64,000 bases of DNA. Origin: a virus. Lineage: Duplodnaviria > Heunggongvirae > Uroviricota > Caudoviricetes. The notes below the pieces were generated by a model, which saw only the letters and a list, made by a program, of their open reading frames with translations, did no database searches and was not told where the DNA came from. Both the position numbers and the translations under genes were made by a program. Where the stretch lies: IMG/VR virus record IMGVR_UViG_3300024273_002067, one strand, 5' to 3'. This document shows, one piece after another, positions 27,441-37,461 of the stretch. The stretch's first letter is position 1. Each line of letters begins with the position of its first letter.

Positions 27441-27830
27441 ATGAAACATATAACTACGCATCCAATTAAAAAGTCAGACTTAGGTTTCCACGGAAATCTA
27501 TTCGGTGGAAAATTATTGGCGTGGATGGACGCTGCAGCTGCTGGCTTTGCATCAGAAGTTTGTGACACCCCCAGAATGGTAACAAAGGCAATTGACAAAT
27601 GTATATTTAGCAAACCTGGTAAAGAAGGTCAGTTACTTAAAATATATGGAGAAGTAGAACATATAGGAAGAACAAGTTTAACTGTTAATTTAGAAGCAAG
27701 AAGTCATAGCGTTTATGATGGTCACCAAACCGTTATGCTATCAACTAAAATGGTTTTTGTAAGAATAGATGAACAAGGTGATGCAATACCAATTTCAGAA
27801 AGAGTAAAAGAGAAGTATGAAACTAAGTAG
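27441..27830 (+). CDS. Acyl-CoA thioesterase (hotdog fold, YciA/BFIT-like)
   Basis: HGNLFGGKLLAWMD motif. Confidence 0.7.
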   Translation: MKHITTHPIKKSDLGFHGNLFGGKLLAWMDAAAAGFASEVCDTPRMVTKAIDKCIFSKPGKEGQLLKIYGEVEHIGRTSLTVNLEARSHSVYDGHQTVMLSTKMVFVRIDEQGDAIPISERVKEKYETK

Positions 27831-27832
27831 AG

Positions 27833-27985
27833 AAGAAATATTGACAGCTTTAGCTTGCGTAATTGGACTGCTTATAATGTTCTTAAATCAAAAAAGTGAT
27901 GATGAAAGAATTTTTTCACTTCTAATAATACCAGTGTTGATGTTGCTATATATTAGAAAAGAATTAAAAAAAGATAAAAAAAAAT
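27833..27985 (+). CDS. possible 50-aa membrane miniprotein
   Basis: Hydrophobic ORF, not in track. Confidence 0.25.
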
Positions 27986-28149
27986 AAAAAAAGTATTTAG
28001 ATTCAAAAAAAAATCATATATTTACATAAGCAAACAGAGGCTACGTTTTTAGTTACTTCTATATAACTATAAATAAATAAAATCACTGATTACAATTCCC
28101 TCAGTTTGTTTTTAAAAAATTAAAAATTTAGACTATATTATATTAAAAC

Positions 28150-28283
28150 GGCTCGCCAACCAGTTACTTCTAAGCTCTAAACAGAAAGAAGACACAAGCA
28201 TAAGGCATACTGGTAAAAATTTCCGATAATATAGATTTAAAATGTTTGTGTATTCGTAAAACCTAAAGGAGTTGGCGACAATT
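28150..28283 (+). ncRNA. Candidate structured non-coding RNA (closing helix TCGCCAAC / GTTGGCGA)
   Basis: Relatively GC-rich, ORF-free, 8-bp long-range complementarity, immediately upstream of a strong terminator. Confidence 0.2.
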
Positions 28284-28303
28284 TAAACTGTAATCAACTT
28301 AAC

Positions 28304-28340
28304 AAAAAAGAGTATCTCGATAGATTTACTCTTTTTTTTT
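28304..28340 (+). terminator. Strong bidirectional rho-independent terminator (AAAAAAGAGTA-loop-TACTCTTTTTTTTT)
   Basis: 11-bp stem, T9 run. Confidence 0.7.
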
Positions 28341-28401
28341 GCTTAAAATTGTAATATTTTTCAAATTATATCGTTATAGTAATAAGATAAAAAACAATAT
28401 T

Positions 28402-29283
28402 ATGAGTAAAGCAATTTCATATAACGATGTAAAAGTAATAGATAAAAAAGCCATAAAAATAGGAGACCCTGTTTTTGATAACTTTATTTCAGAACAAGGC
28501 GGAATAGAGTTGGCTACTATGATTACAATAGCTGGTACTCCTGGTGCTGGTAAAACGACTCTTTGCAAGAAATTGCAAAAAGATTTAGGAGAAAATGACG
28601 AATCTATTTTCTTTTCTTTAGAGAGTAGAAAGGGTTCAGTTGCTAGACAGACTAGTAGAGTGAAAACTGGTGATAATGAAAAAATTTGCGATGTTGACGA
28701 CTTTAAAACATGGAAATCATTCATGGATTATATATATGAAACAAAGCCCCTTATGGTTGTGGTTGATTCACTTCAACATGCTGCAACTCTATTGTCTAAT
28801 GAGAATGGAAAGCATAAATACGATAATTATAAAAACATAGTAAAAGATTTGTATGACTGGAAGGATGTTACTCAAGGAATTGTAGTTCTTATAGTACAGT
28901 TGAATGGTAAGGGTGATGTAGAGGGACCTATTGCTACAGTGTTTGATGTAGACTGTCCTATATTTTTGACTGCAAACCCTAAGACAAATGAAAGAACTAT
29001 GCACACTGAAAAAAACAGAATGGGACCAATAGGTAAAATATATTATGAATTTGTTAATGATGATAGATGCTTTAAGTTTACTTCAGAAGAAGATTGGGGC
29101 TCTGTAGAAAGTGAAGAAATGTTGTCTGAAAATTTGCTAAAAGATGTTGCAGGTTTTATAAATTCTATAAAAAAAACAGATGAAAATAAGTTTAATAAAA
29201 TAAAGTCTAAAGTCAAAAAAATATCTAGCAATGACTCTGTTGATTATATTATACAAATGCTAGAAATTTATAAAGAACACTAA
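28402..29283 (+). CDS. DnaB-family helicase C-terminal (RecA-fold) ATPase (start re-called to ATGAGTAAAG at 28402)
   Basis: Walker A GTPGAGKTT, FFSLES (H1a), VVVDSLQ (Walker B), LIVQLN (H3). Confidence 0.5.
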   Translation: MSKAISYNDVKVIDKKAIKIGDPVFDNFISEQGGIELATMITIAGTPGAGKTTLCKKLQKDLGENDESIFFSLESRKGSVARQTSRVKTGDNEKICDVDDFKTWKSFMDYIYETKPLMVVVDSLQHAATLLSNENGKHKYDNYKNIVKDLYDWKDVTQGIVVLIVQLNGKGDVEGPIATVFDVDCPIFLTANPKTNERTMHTEKNRMGPIGKIYYEFVNDDRCFKFTSEEDWGSVESEEMLSENLLKDVAGFINSIKKTDENKFNKIKSKVKKISSNDSVDYIIQMLEIYKEH

Positions 29284-29344
29284 ATTGAATTTTAAAATTT
29301 GTTTTATAAGAAAAAAAACATATTTTCGTTAAAAGAATTAAATT

Positions 29345-30496
29345 ATGAATGAAGCCTTAATAGCTAAAGAAATAAAAGTGAACTCAAGTATTAAAAACAA
29401 AGAAAACAAAGAAGACAAGTTTGATTTTGACGACATACTAATAGAGCCATCAAAAACTACATCAATACATACTCGAAATGATATTAATATACATTATGAC
29501 TATGAAGATTTTGGATTATTTTCTAAACTCCCCCTAATTGCTGCGCCAATGGACACAGTTGTTTCTTCTGAAAATTATTTTGATTTTTTCGAGTTAGGGA
29601 TAAATGTATGCCTCCCTAGAGGGGAACATTTATATTTTGGAGAAAATTTAAACTCAAAATCACAAACAAAAATAAACAAAGTTAAATTTGGAAATAGAAT
29701 GGTTTTTGAGTCTTTTTCACTAATAGACTTTACAAAACACTTTGTCGCTAAAAAAGCTAAATTTTATCCAAAACACGTTTTGATAGATATTGCTAACGGA
29801 CATATGTCAGACCTAGTTTATGTAACCAAAAAAGCAAAAGAGTATTACGGAAGTACAATGGTATTAATGGTTGGTAATATAGCTAACCCAGAAACTTACA
29901 AAACTCTATCTAGAGCTGGGGCTGACTATATTAGGTGCGGGATAGGCAATGGGCAAGGCTGTTTAACAACTTTACAAACAGGCATCGGTTATCCAATGGG
30001 CTCTTTAGTGAAAGAGTGTTATGAAGCTTCTAAAAAATTGCCTAAAAAAAATAGGGCCAAAATAGTTGCAGATGGAGGAATGAAAAAATATTCAGACATC
30101 ATAAAGGCACTGGCCCTGGGTGCCGACTATGTGATGGTTGGTTCAATTTTTAATAAATCTCTTGAGTCTTGCGGGCAAAACTATTGGTCTGGCATACCTG
30201 TTGGGAAAAATGTTGCTAATTTTTTATACAAAAAAGGATTCAAAGTTAAAAAAAGATTTAGAGGCATGTCAACGAAAGAAGTTCAAAAAAAGTGGGGAGG
30301 GAAAAATTTAAAAACATCTGAAGGTGTCGTTAGGATTAGAGATGTGGAATACACTTTAAAGTCTTGGGTTGAAAACTTCTCTCATTACCTAAAGTCTGCA
30401 ATGAGCTATACAAACTCATACACTATTGAAGAGTTTGTTGGAAAGCCTAAAACGAACAAAATAAGCAATAACTCTTTTAAGAGATTTAATAAGTAA
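29345..30496 (+). CDS. guaC: GMP reductase / IMPDH-family enzyme (no CBS domains)
   Basis: FDDILIEPSK, PLIAAPMDTV, GIGNGQGCLTT (catalytic Cys), ADGGM...GADYVMVGS. Confidence 0.8.
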   Translation: MNEALIAKEIKVNSSIKNKENKEDKFDFDDILIEPSKTTSIHTRNDINIHYDYEDFGLFSKLPLIAAPMDTVVSSENYFDFFELGINVCLPRGEHLYFGENLNSKSQTKINKVKFGNRMVFESFSLIDFTKHFVAKKAKFYPKHVLIDIANGHMSDLVYVTKKAKEYYGSTMVLMVGNIANPETYKTLSRAGADYIRCGIGNGQGCLTTLQTGIGYPMGSLVKECYEASKKLPKKNRAKIVADGGMKKYSDIIKALALGADYVMVGSIFNKSLESCGQNYWSGIPVGKNVANFLYKKGFKVKKRFRGMSTKEVQKKWGGKNLKTSEGVVRIRDVEYTLKSWVENFSHYLKSAMSYTNSYTIEEFVGKPKTNKISNNSFKRFNK

Positions 30497-30499
30497 AAT

Positions 30500-30727
30500 A
30501 TGAAGCCACCAAAAAAAAGAACAATAGGAGAGATAAGACAGACTAAAGACTCTGTATACAACCATCCAAAATCACACAATGAATTAGACTATGAATCAAT
30601 GCGATTACATGCTGATAAATTTATTGATAAAGAGCACTTTCATCTTAAGTCAAACCTAAACGCCTCTCAATACTCTGATGTAATTTCTGCTTTAGTTGAC
30701 TATAAAAACAATTTTAAAAATGTGTGA
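30500..30727 (+). CDS. hypothetical protein
   Basis: ORF. Confidence 0.35.
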   Translation: MKPPKKRTIGEIRQTKDSVYNHPKSHNELDYESMRLHADKFIDKEHFHLKSNLNASQYSDVISALVDYKNNFKNV

Positions 30728-30893
30728 AGATAAATGTCAAAATGATTCCGTTGAATTCTTGTTGAAAAACAAAAAAATAAAACATTCAGAAATTAATGAT
30801 GTTAAAAAGATATATTCTGAAATTGAAAGATGTAATAATTTACTATTTTTGAAATTAAAAAAAGAATTAATTAACAAAGGATGGATTGCATGA
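30696..30893 (+). CDS. hypothetical protein
   Basis: ORF. Confidence 0.3.
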   Translation: MTIKTILKMCEDKCQNDSVEFLLKNKKIKHSEINDVKKIYSEIERCNNLLFLKLKKELINKGWIA

Positions 30894-31300
30894 GTCAAGA
30901 GCTATTTGATATATCGATAATATTTTGTTTACACTTTGTAGGAGACTTTTTGCTTCAAAGTAGAAGTATGGGAAGAAATAAAGGTAAGAGTATTTTATGG
31001 TTATTTGCACATGTATTTGTATATACCACCTTTTTGTTTTGGGGATGGAGTTCATTTGTTGGGTTTAGTGAATATTCATTTTACGTAATGTTCGGCGTAT
31101 ATCATCTAATTTTCATAACACACTTTTTAACAGATTTAATTACGAGCAAAATAAGTGGTTATGCATATCTAAAGTGTACAGATAACAATTTATCTAAGAA
31201 ATTAAAATATAGATGGGAACATATGTTTTGGTCAATAATTGGATTAGACCAACTTATACACATAATATCTTTGATATTAATATATAATTATTTAAATTAG
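30881..31300 (+). CDS. membrane protein
   Basis: Multi-TM. Confidence 0.4.
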   Translation: MDCMSQELFDISIIFCLHFVGDFLLQSRSMGRNKGKSILWLFAHVFVYTTFLFWGWSSFVGFSEYSFYVMFGVYHLIFITHFLTDLITSKISGYAYLKCTDNNLSKKLKYRWEHMFWSIIGLDQLIHIISLILIYNYLN

Positions 31301-31305
31301 CGCAC

Positions 31306-31572
31306 ATGAAAGTAGTTTGCATAAATGATAGCGATAAGCCTATAGATATACCAGAGCACAAATGGGTAAAGAAAGATGAGATATACACAATTGCAAAAGT
31401 TGTGAAATTAAACCTACAAACAAATGCCTTAGGTGTGGAGCTGGAAGAAATTGACTTGATAGGGTGTTTTCCCTATGAGTATTTTTTAGCAAATAGATTT
31501 GCGCCACTGCAACCAGAAAAGTCTCTACAAAAAGAGCTGGAAGGGGAGTTAGAAATAGAAAATACGATTTAG
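31306..31572 (+). CDS. hypothetical protein
   Basis: ORF. Confidence 0.4.
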   Translation: MKVVCINDSDKPIDIPEHKWVKKDEIYTIAKVVKLNLQTNALGVELEEIDLIGCFPYEYFLANRFAPLQPEKSLQKELEGELEIENTI

Positions 31573-31576
31573 ATAT

Positions 31577-33427
31577 ATGGATTTAAAAAAAATATCAGAC
31601 GAAATAAAAGAAATTGTATCCAATAGGCAAAAGGAACTAAACCTCTCCTTTGTTGAAGACACTCATACTTATTTTATGAAAAACTTACAGGGGGAAATGG
31701 TGAGCAACTACCCTTCTGTGTCTACTGTATTAAAAAGTTTTTATACACCTTTTGACGCAGAGTCAACAAAAAGCTTTAAAAATTGTGGCGGAGACCCAGA
31801 AAAAGAAAAGTCGCTTCTGAAGGAGTGGAGTGATTCTGGAACTTACGCATCTCACATGGGCAGTAGAGTTCACTTTATCTTAGAAGACTATTTGGTTGAA
31901 TTATATGGAGCCTACAAAGAAGTTAGGTTACCAATCTTCGAGTGTGATGATGAACAAACTGAAAACGGAGATTCTATGATTGTTGCTGGCAAGTCTTTTT
32001 TAGACTTAATGCACTCAAGGGGAGCTGTTTTATTAGATACTGAAATGGTTTTAGGTAGTCCCGAATTGGGGTACACTGGTCAACCTGATAAAGTTTGGCT
32101 CATAGTTGGAAAAGATGGTAATCCTGGTATTTTAGTAACAGATTGGAAAGGTTTACCACTAGATACACCAATACTAACAGATAGCGGTTGGAAAAGTATG
32201 GGTACCCTAAATAAATCTGATAAGGTATATGATAAAGATGGTGACTTAGTTAATATCATGAATATATCACAAGTTAAAAATAAGAAGTGTCTTAAGATTA
32301 AATTTGATAATAATGAAGAGGTTGTTTCTGATTTTGAACATAGATGGTTAGTTTATACTGAGAGTAGTGGTGTTAAAAAAGAAAGAGTCATGACAACTCA
32401 AGAGATTAAAGATTATAATGATGGTTTAATTAAAAGAGATTCATATAAAATATTAAAGATTTCAAACCCAAAACCATTAAATAACCCTAAAACTGAATTA
32501 CCAATAGACCCTTATGTCTTAGGTATGTGGTTAGGTGATGGTCATAGTATTGATGCTAAGATAACTCAAGCTAATGAAGTTGTTTGGTCTGAAATTAAGA
32601 AAAGAGGTTATAAGGTTGGAAATGATGTATCACAAGGTGGTGCTGGTAAAGCAACAACTAGAACTATATTTGACTTACAAGGTAGGTTAAGAAAAACATC
32701 TTTATTAAGCAATAAACATATACCAGAAATTTACTTATCCAGTTCATATGAACAAAGGTTAGATTTACTTAGGGGGTTAATGGATAGTGACGGTACATAT
32801 AATAAAACTAGAAATAGTTTTGTAATGGAAACAACTAGAGAAAGTCAAGCTGATTATACTGCTGAAATAATATCTTCTTTAGGCATTAAACCTACTAAGA
32901 GTTCATTTTATAAGAAATTTAACGGTAAAATTATTAAATGCTACAGAACATCGTTCGTAACTAGTGAATTTAACCCATTCTTATCTAGAAATCAAGACCT
33001 AGTGTTAAACCTAAAGAAAGATAGAAGAACTTATAGAACTATAGTATCGGTCAAAGAGGTGGAATCAGTACCAACTAAGTGTATTGAAGTGGATAGTCCG
33101 TCTAGTACATTCTTATGTGGTAAATCGTTATTAGTAACACACAACACAAATAAGCCAAAAAACTTCGTTTCACAATTCTACACCAAACCTATGTTAACTC
33201 CCTTTACAGAGTATGACGACACATCTCTGGGTCACTATTATGTACAACTACCACTTTATGCAAAACTACTCTTAGATATGCTAAAGGGCTCTAAATATGA
33301 AAACATACCACTTCTTGGCGGTATAGTAGTATTGCTAAAAAAAGATGCAACATTTGAAGAGTATAGAATACCTAAGGAAGTTCTAACCATTGTAGACAAA
33401 ATGAATGTTTCACTATACTTAAAGTAA
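31577..33427 (+). CDS. PD-(D/E)XK (YqaJ/RecB/Cas4-like) nuclease interrupted by an intein
   Basis: Exteins carry GQPD, TDWK and QLPLY motifs; the insert 32150..33145 has two LAGLIDADG-like motifs and a terminal HN|T. Confidence 0.6.
   Translation: MDLKKISDEIKEIVSNRQKELNLSFVEDTHTYFMKNLQGEMVSNYPSVSTVLKSFYTPFDAESTKSFKNCGGDPEKEKSLLKEWSDSGTYASHMGSRVHFILEDYLVELYGAYKEVRLPIFECDDEQTENGDSMIVAGKSFLDLMHSRGAVLLDTEMVLGSPELGYTGQPDKVWLIVGKDGNPGILVTDWKGLPLDTPILTDSGWKSMGTLNKSDKVYDKDGDLVNIMNISQVKNKKCLKIKFDNNEEVVSDFEHRWLVYTESSGVKKERVMTTQEIKDYNDGLIKRDSYKILKISNPKPLNNPKTELPIDPYVLGMWLGDGHSIDAKITQANEVVWSEIKKRGYKVGNDVSQGGAGKATTRTIFDLQGRLRKTSLLSNKHIPEIYLSSSYEQRLDLLRGLMDSDGTYNKTRNSFVMETTRESQADYTAEIISSLGIKPTKSSFYKKFNGKIIKCYRTSFVTSEFNPFLSRNQDLVLNLKKDRRTYRTIVSVKEVESVPTKCIEVDSPSSTFLCGKSLLVTHNTNKPKNFVSQFYTKPMLTPFTEYDDTSLGHYYVQLPLYAKLLLDMLKGSKYENIPLLGGIVVLLKKDATFEEYRIPKEVLTIVDKMNVSLYLK
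32150..33145 (+). mobile_element. Intein with LAGLIDADG homing-endonuclease domain (~332 aa)
   Basis: N-terminal block A-like LPLDTPILTDSG, LGMWLGDGHS and LLRGLMDSDGT dodecapeptides, C-terminal LLVTHN followed by Thr. Confidence 0.6.
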
Positions 33428-33454
33428 AATTATTTAAATAAAAAACCCCACCAC

Positions 33455-34249
33455 ATGAGAACGTTAATTTTAATAATATCCGCATCCCTTTTTGCTGGAT
33501 GTGGTGGAGAAGATTTAACAAACACATCTAACAAGGAGGTCATTCGGATAATAGAAGACTTTGGTTTTGTTGGATTAAATGAGAATGAAATAATAGAGGC
33601 GTTAAACACACCTAAGAGTTCTATAGATGACAACCCGCCCTGTTATAACATAGAGGACTTGTCTGCTTTCTTGACTCATTTTGGTTCTTGCGCTAAAGAT
33701 ATTATTCCAACATTATCTAACGACTACTTTCAAGATGCAAATTGTAATGTCGCTAAATGGGAATCTTCAGCAAGAGAGTTCAATCCTATTGACTCAACAG
33801 GTGTCAATACTAATCTCAACCCTATGTCTATAAAGTGGTTTCTAGATTCAGATAATTATATAAATACAGGCTCTGATTTTACGCTACCATTTTACACTTA
33901 TAATGATGGCGTTATAAATTCTGATTGCGATGGAATATTCCAACCCAGTTGTAATGGTGCGCATAGTGTAGTTATTCAAATGGAATTTGAAGATGGCACT
34001 ATCTACAGAAGAATCGGAACAGGTTTCGCTAGTGTTAATAATACACCTTCAGATATTCCGCAGTGCGAATTAAGCATTTTAGATTATAGCCCTAGTGACT
34101 TAAGTCATTTCGACTTTGATACATTTACACCTATAAAATTTGAACCTTATGAATTTATAATTCAAGGTCTAGAGTGGGACTTAGATAATGATGACTGCGT
34201 TTCCACTAGCGATTTAAACCTATTCCTGATAGGCTTCGGTGATTGTTAA
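33455..34249 (+). CDS. Lipoprotein with two dockerin-like Ca-binding repeats
   Basis: LFAGCGG lipobox; DLSAFLTHFGSC and DLNLFLIGFGDC repeats. Confidence 0.45.
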   Translation: MRTLILIISASLFAGCGGEDLTNTSNKEVIRIIEDFGFVGLNENEIIEALNTPKSSIDDNPPCYNIEDLSAFLTHFGSCAKDIIPTLSNDYFQDANCNVAKWESSAREFNPIDSTGVNTNLNPMSIKWFLDSDNYINTGSDFTLPFYTYNDGVINSDCDGIFQPSCNGAHSVVIQMEFEDGTIYRRIGTGFASVNNTPSDIPQCELSILDYSPSDLSHFDFDTFTPIKFEPYEFIIQGLEWDLDNDDCVSTSDLNLFLIGFGDC

Positions 34250-34386
34250 AGTTAAAAAAAGTTGTGCTTTCAGAAAGGTTATAAGGTCATAAAAATAAAT
34301 TATTTTTTATTTTTTAATATAATTAATCCATTTTTCTAAAAAAATAATTATTTATAAATGCAGGACCCCGAACACATGATTTAAAA

Positions 34387-34959
34387 ATGAACACAAAAGA
34401 ACAGCTTATACTAAAGTTTAGAAAACTTCAAACCGTTTTTTCTGTATTACTTTTCTTTTTTATCTTAATGTTCTTTCTGGTTGTAACAAAATTTGACGTT
34501 AAAGAAACTCAAATATCTCACTGGGGTGTTCTTGAAAATGTGGGTTGGGTTTTTAATTATGGAATAATATTAGTTTCTATATCAACCTTCTTTAATGTTT
34601 TTTTTTACATAAAGAATCACAATAGGATATTTCACAAAAAAACATTACACCTACTGTTTTTCTTTGTGTCTATTTCTCTCTTTTTAGTAGGCCTTTTTCC
34701 AGTAGATATAAACCCATCAATTCATAACCCTTCTGCTTTTTTATATTTTTTTTCATATCCTTTTTCCATTTTTCTGTTATCACACTTAAATAGGAAAAAT
34801 ATAATATATAAAGAGTGGATTACTCACTTAGTGGTGTCATCACTAATGATTGTACTTCCGCTAATATTCATATCGTTGTTTAGTGGAATGGCTATTGCTG
34901 AAATGGTTCATACACTACTGGTTATGTTTTGGAATATACGAATACTGGTGAAAAACTAA
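34387..34959 (+). CDS. integral membrane protein
   Basis: 5-6 TM segments. Confidence 0.45.
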   Translation: MNTKEQLILKFRKLQTVFSVLLFFFILMFFLVVTKFDVKETQISHWGVLENVGWVFNYGIILVSISTFFNVFFYIKNHNRIFHKKTLHLLFFFVSISLFLVGLFPVDINPSIHNPSAFLYFFSYPFSIFLLSHLNRKNIIYKEWITHLVVSSLMIVLPLIFISLFSGMAIAEMVHTLLVMFWNIRILVKN

Positions 34960-35017
34960 TTTATTCATTTTTTCTTTATTTATTACATATTTATTTACGA
35001 ACAAGTAAAATAACATT

Positions 35018-35248
35018 ATGACAGTACCTGGTATGGGGGTATCCTTTAAAGAATTCGCTAAAAACCCAATAGTAGCACTATTATTTATGGCCCTAATGGC
35101 TATAGGATATCTATATTATGACAATAAATCTAATCTTACCAATCAAGTTGAAGATTTAAGAGATGAGATAACAATATTAAAATCAGACTATAAAGAATTA
35201 AACGATAAATTTATAGAGACAATACAAAAAATCAACAATGAAAATTAA
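35018..35248 (+). CDS. small TM/coiled-coil protein
   Basis: ORF. Confidence 0.4.
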   Translation: MTVPGMGVSFKEFAKNPIVALLFMALMAIGYLYYDNKSNLTNQVEDLRDEITILKSDYKELNDKFIETIQKINNEN

Positions 35249-35750
35249 ACAAAGAACAGTAAACGTATTAACATTTATTTTAGGGCTAGTTATTTTAATT
35301 GTAATTTTTAATAAACTAAAGTCTGAAGAACACGATAAACAAGAAATAAAACAAGAAATAAAAAAATTTCACACAACTAAAGACAGCACAATTAGATTGG
35401 TAGATGATTTTGTGTTTTCATACCAACAAAAAAAAGAAATTCAAAAAAAAGAACTTGATTCTTTAAATCAAATTCTTGTCAACAATAAAATGCTTTCTAA
35501 AAAAGAAATGGTAGAACTTAGAAACAAAATAAAAAATAAATCTATTATTATAAATGAAATATCTCAAAAAAATATAATAGAAAAAGATTCAATTATTTAT
35601 AACACAATTAAACAAGACACAATTATTTATGATACGATAATTGAAAACACAATAATAAGAGATACTCTTTACTTTACTGATACGTTGTATAAAATAGATA
35701 CTATATTTTACAAAAAAGAAGACATAAAAAGAATAAAGTTTAATAACTAA
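35238..35750 (+). CDS. membrane-anchored repeat protein (DTIIY-type short repeats)
   Basis: N-terminal TM segment; repeats DSIIYNTI / DTIIYDTI / NTIIRDT / DTLYKIDTIFY. Confidence 0.4.
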   Translation: MKIKQRTVNVLTFILGLVILIVIFNKLKSEEHDKQEIKQEIKKFHTTKDSTIRLVDDFVFSYQQKKEIQKKELDSLNQILVNNKMLSKKEMVELRNKIKNKSIIINEISQKNIIEKDSIIYNTIKQDTIIYDTIIENTIIRDTLYFTDTLYKIDTIFYKKEDIKRIKFNN

Positions 35751-36211
35751 ACCTTATTATTATTCTTACTGTTAAAAATAACCTCTATTTCTTTTATTTT
35801 TTCCATAAACTCTCCAGCAACTGCATCTAATTCTGAATGGAAATCATTAGAGCATTTTACAGAATATAAATTTTTACTCAATGTTATTTCTAACAAAACT
35901 AACTCTGTATTATAGTCGATAAATTTAGGAAATTCTGAAAGGAATTTTATGGCATCTTCTTTTTCTCTAAAAACAGAAACCTTATCTTTCATTATGTCTT
36001 CGTAAACATCAGTGCCCCTCTGATAAAGAGAACTATAAGAATTTTCTGAAACAAGTCTAGATTTATACCTAAAAAGACCAGTTACAACAGAGTAATAATT
36101 TAGATTCTTTTTTTCAGCGACTTTATATCCAACAATTTTTTTTTCATTCAATCTATGAAAATTTGTGTATTTACACAACAGCTGTTCGCAAAGTCTATTT
36201 GAAGCGTTCAT
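35747..36211 (-). CDS. hypothetical protein
   Basis: ORF. Confidence 0.4.
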   Translation of the reverse strand: MNASNRLCEQLLCKYTNFHRLNEKKIVGYKVAEKKNLNYYSVVTGLFRYKSRLVSENSYSSLYQRGTDVYEDIMKDKVSVFREKEDAIKFLSEFPKFIDYNTELVLLEITLSKNLYSVKCSNDFHSELDAVAGEFMEKIKEIEVIFNSKNNNKV

Positions 36212-36235
36212 TATTTCGTAAAGTTAATAAAATAA

Positions 36236-36502
36236 TCAAACAAAATCATCATTTTCATCCAATTCCTCAGACTCTTCTACAGTATCACCACCTTCTGTTT
36301 CACCAGCTGAACTGGTTACATTATTAAAATATATATGTGTGTCGTTTTTACGCTCTTGCTTAGACGCATCACTTTGGCTTCCATAATAACCATAACCACC
36401 CTGATTCTTCTGAACGTCTGGACCTCCGCCTGGGGCCCTGTCAACCTCTGTAGATACTATTTCCGACAAAACTTCTCTTACTATATTTCTTATATCATCC
36501 AT
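36236..36502 (-). CDS. acidic Gly-rich small protein with N-terminal IVREVLSEIV motif
   Basis: Shares its N-terminal motif with 45573 and 50064. Confidence 0.45.
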   Translation of the reverse strand: MDDIRNIVREVLSEIVSTEVDRAPGGGPDVQKNQGGYGYYGSQSDASKQERKNDTHIYFNNVTSSAGETEGGDTVEESEELDENDDFV

Positions 36503-36552
36503 TTCAATATATAAATATGTATAAATATTATCTTACTGTAATATATTTGAAT

Positions 36553-37107
36553 TTATAACTTGCACATGTTTAAACATATTATAGCTGTATTGTATGCATC
36601 GGTATCGGCTCTATGTGGAGTTCCTTCAAATTGAATACCAATTTCTTTTAGTGCATTTTCCACACTGTATAGCCTACTTTTATTTTGTTGCAATTTAGAA
36701 AAACACTTCTGTATATCCTTGTGATTTTTTGAGAATGGAAATTCTACACCTTTTGACTTACACTCTTTAGTCAGATGAGTCTTATCAATCACCCCCCAAC
36801 TCCCCCAATTTGTTTCTTTTAAATTGTATTTAGATTCTAAAAGTGAAAAAGCTTCAGATAATGAAATTCCATGTTTTTTAACTTGCTCATCCGTTATTGA
36901 AGTTAGCTTAGTGCAAAAATTACTCACATTAGACATTTCAGGCTTTATTAAAAATCTGTCTTGTTTTATTATTTTTTTATTTACTAAATCAATCTCAACC
37001 AAACCTATGTCTAGTATTTCTTGAACCATACCCCTGGGCGGCCTTCCCCTCCAACAAGTAAACTCAAAATCAACAACTAAAAACATTTCACTTTCCATAT
37101 GCAACAA
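36553..37107 (-). CDS. DEDDh 3'-5' exonuclease (ERI-1 / 3'hExo-like)
   Basis: VVDFEFTC (Exo I) and HRADTDAYNTA (Exo III). Confidence 0.7.
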   Translation of the reverse strand: MLHMESEMFLVVDFEFTCWRGRPPRGMVQEILDIGLVEIDLVNKKIIKQDRFLIKPEMSNVSNFCTKLTSITDEQVKKHGISLSEAFSLLESKYNLKETNWGSWGVIDKTHLTKECKSKGVEFPFSKNHKDIQKCFSKLQQNKSRLYSVENALKEIGIQFEGTPHRADTDAYNTAIICLNMCKL

Positions 37108-37209
37108 CTTAATACACTGCTTACATTAAATATGTAACAATTTACATTTAGCTACATTAAGTAATAATGTTTTTTTTCTTTTATTTATTAAGGTCCAACA
37201 AAAAAATTA

Positions 37210-37461
37210 ATGAAAGAAAATAAAGACGATAAAAAAAAAGATATTGTAGAAATAAAAAAGAAAAGCTCTGAACTTAAACTACTAATAGAAAAATATCAAA
37301 AAAGTCTTAAAGAAATACAAGGCGATTGTAAGCACACTCCTACAGTAAAGTTAGTTTCTGACAATGGGATAACAAATGCACTTAGAGTCGTATGTAGAGA
37401 TTGTGAAAAAATAATAGGATACCCTTCTGCAAGTGATACGGACAAATTTTATAATATTTAA
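37210..37461 (+). CDS. hypothetical protein with a CxxC...CxxC zinc ribbon
   Basis: GDCKH...CRDCEK. Confidence 0.35.
   Translation: MKENKDDKKKDIVEIKKKSSELKLLIEKYQKSLKEIQGDCKHTPTVKLVSDNGITNALRVVCRDCEKIIGYPSASDTDKFYNI

Noticed and set aside
33455-34249. Calling the dockerin-repeat lipoprotein a cellulosome component
   Set aside because: Only two short Ca-binding-like repeats are present, with no cohesin partner. Bacteroidota commonly have orphan dockerin-like repeats.
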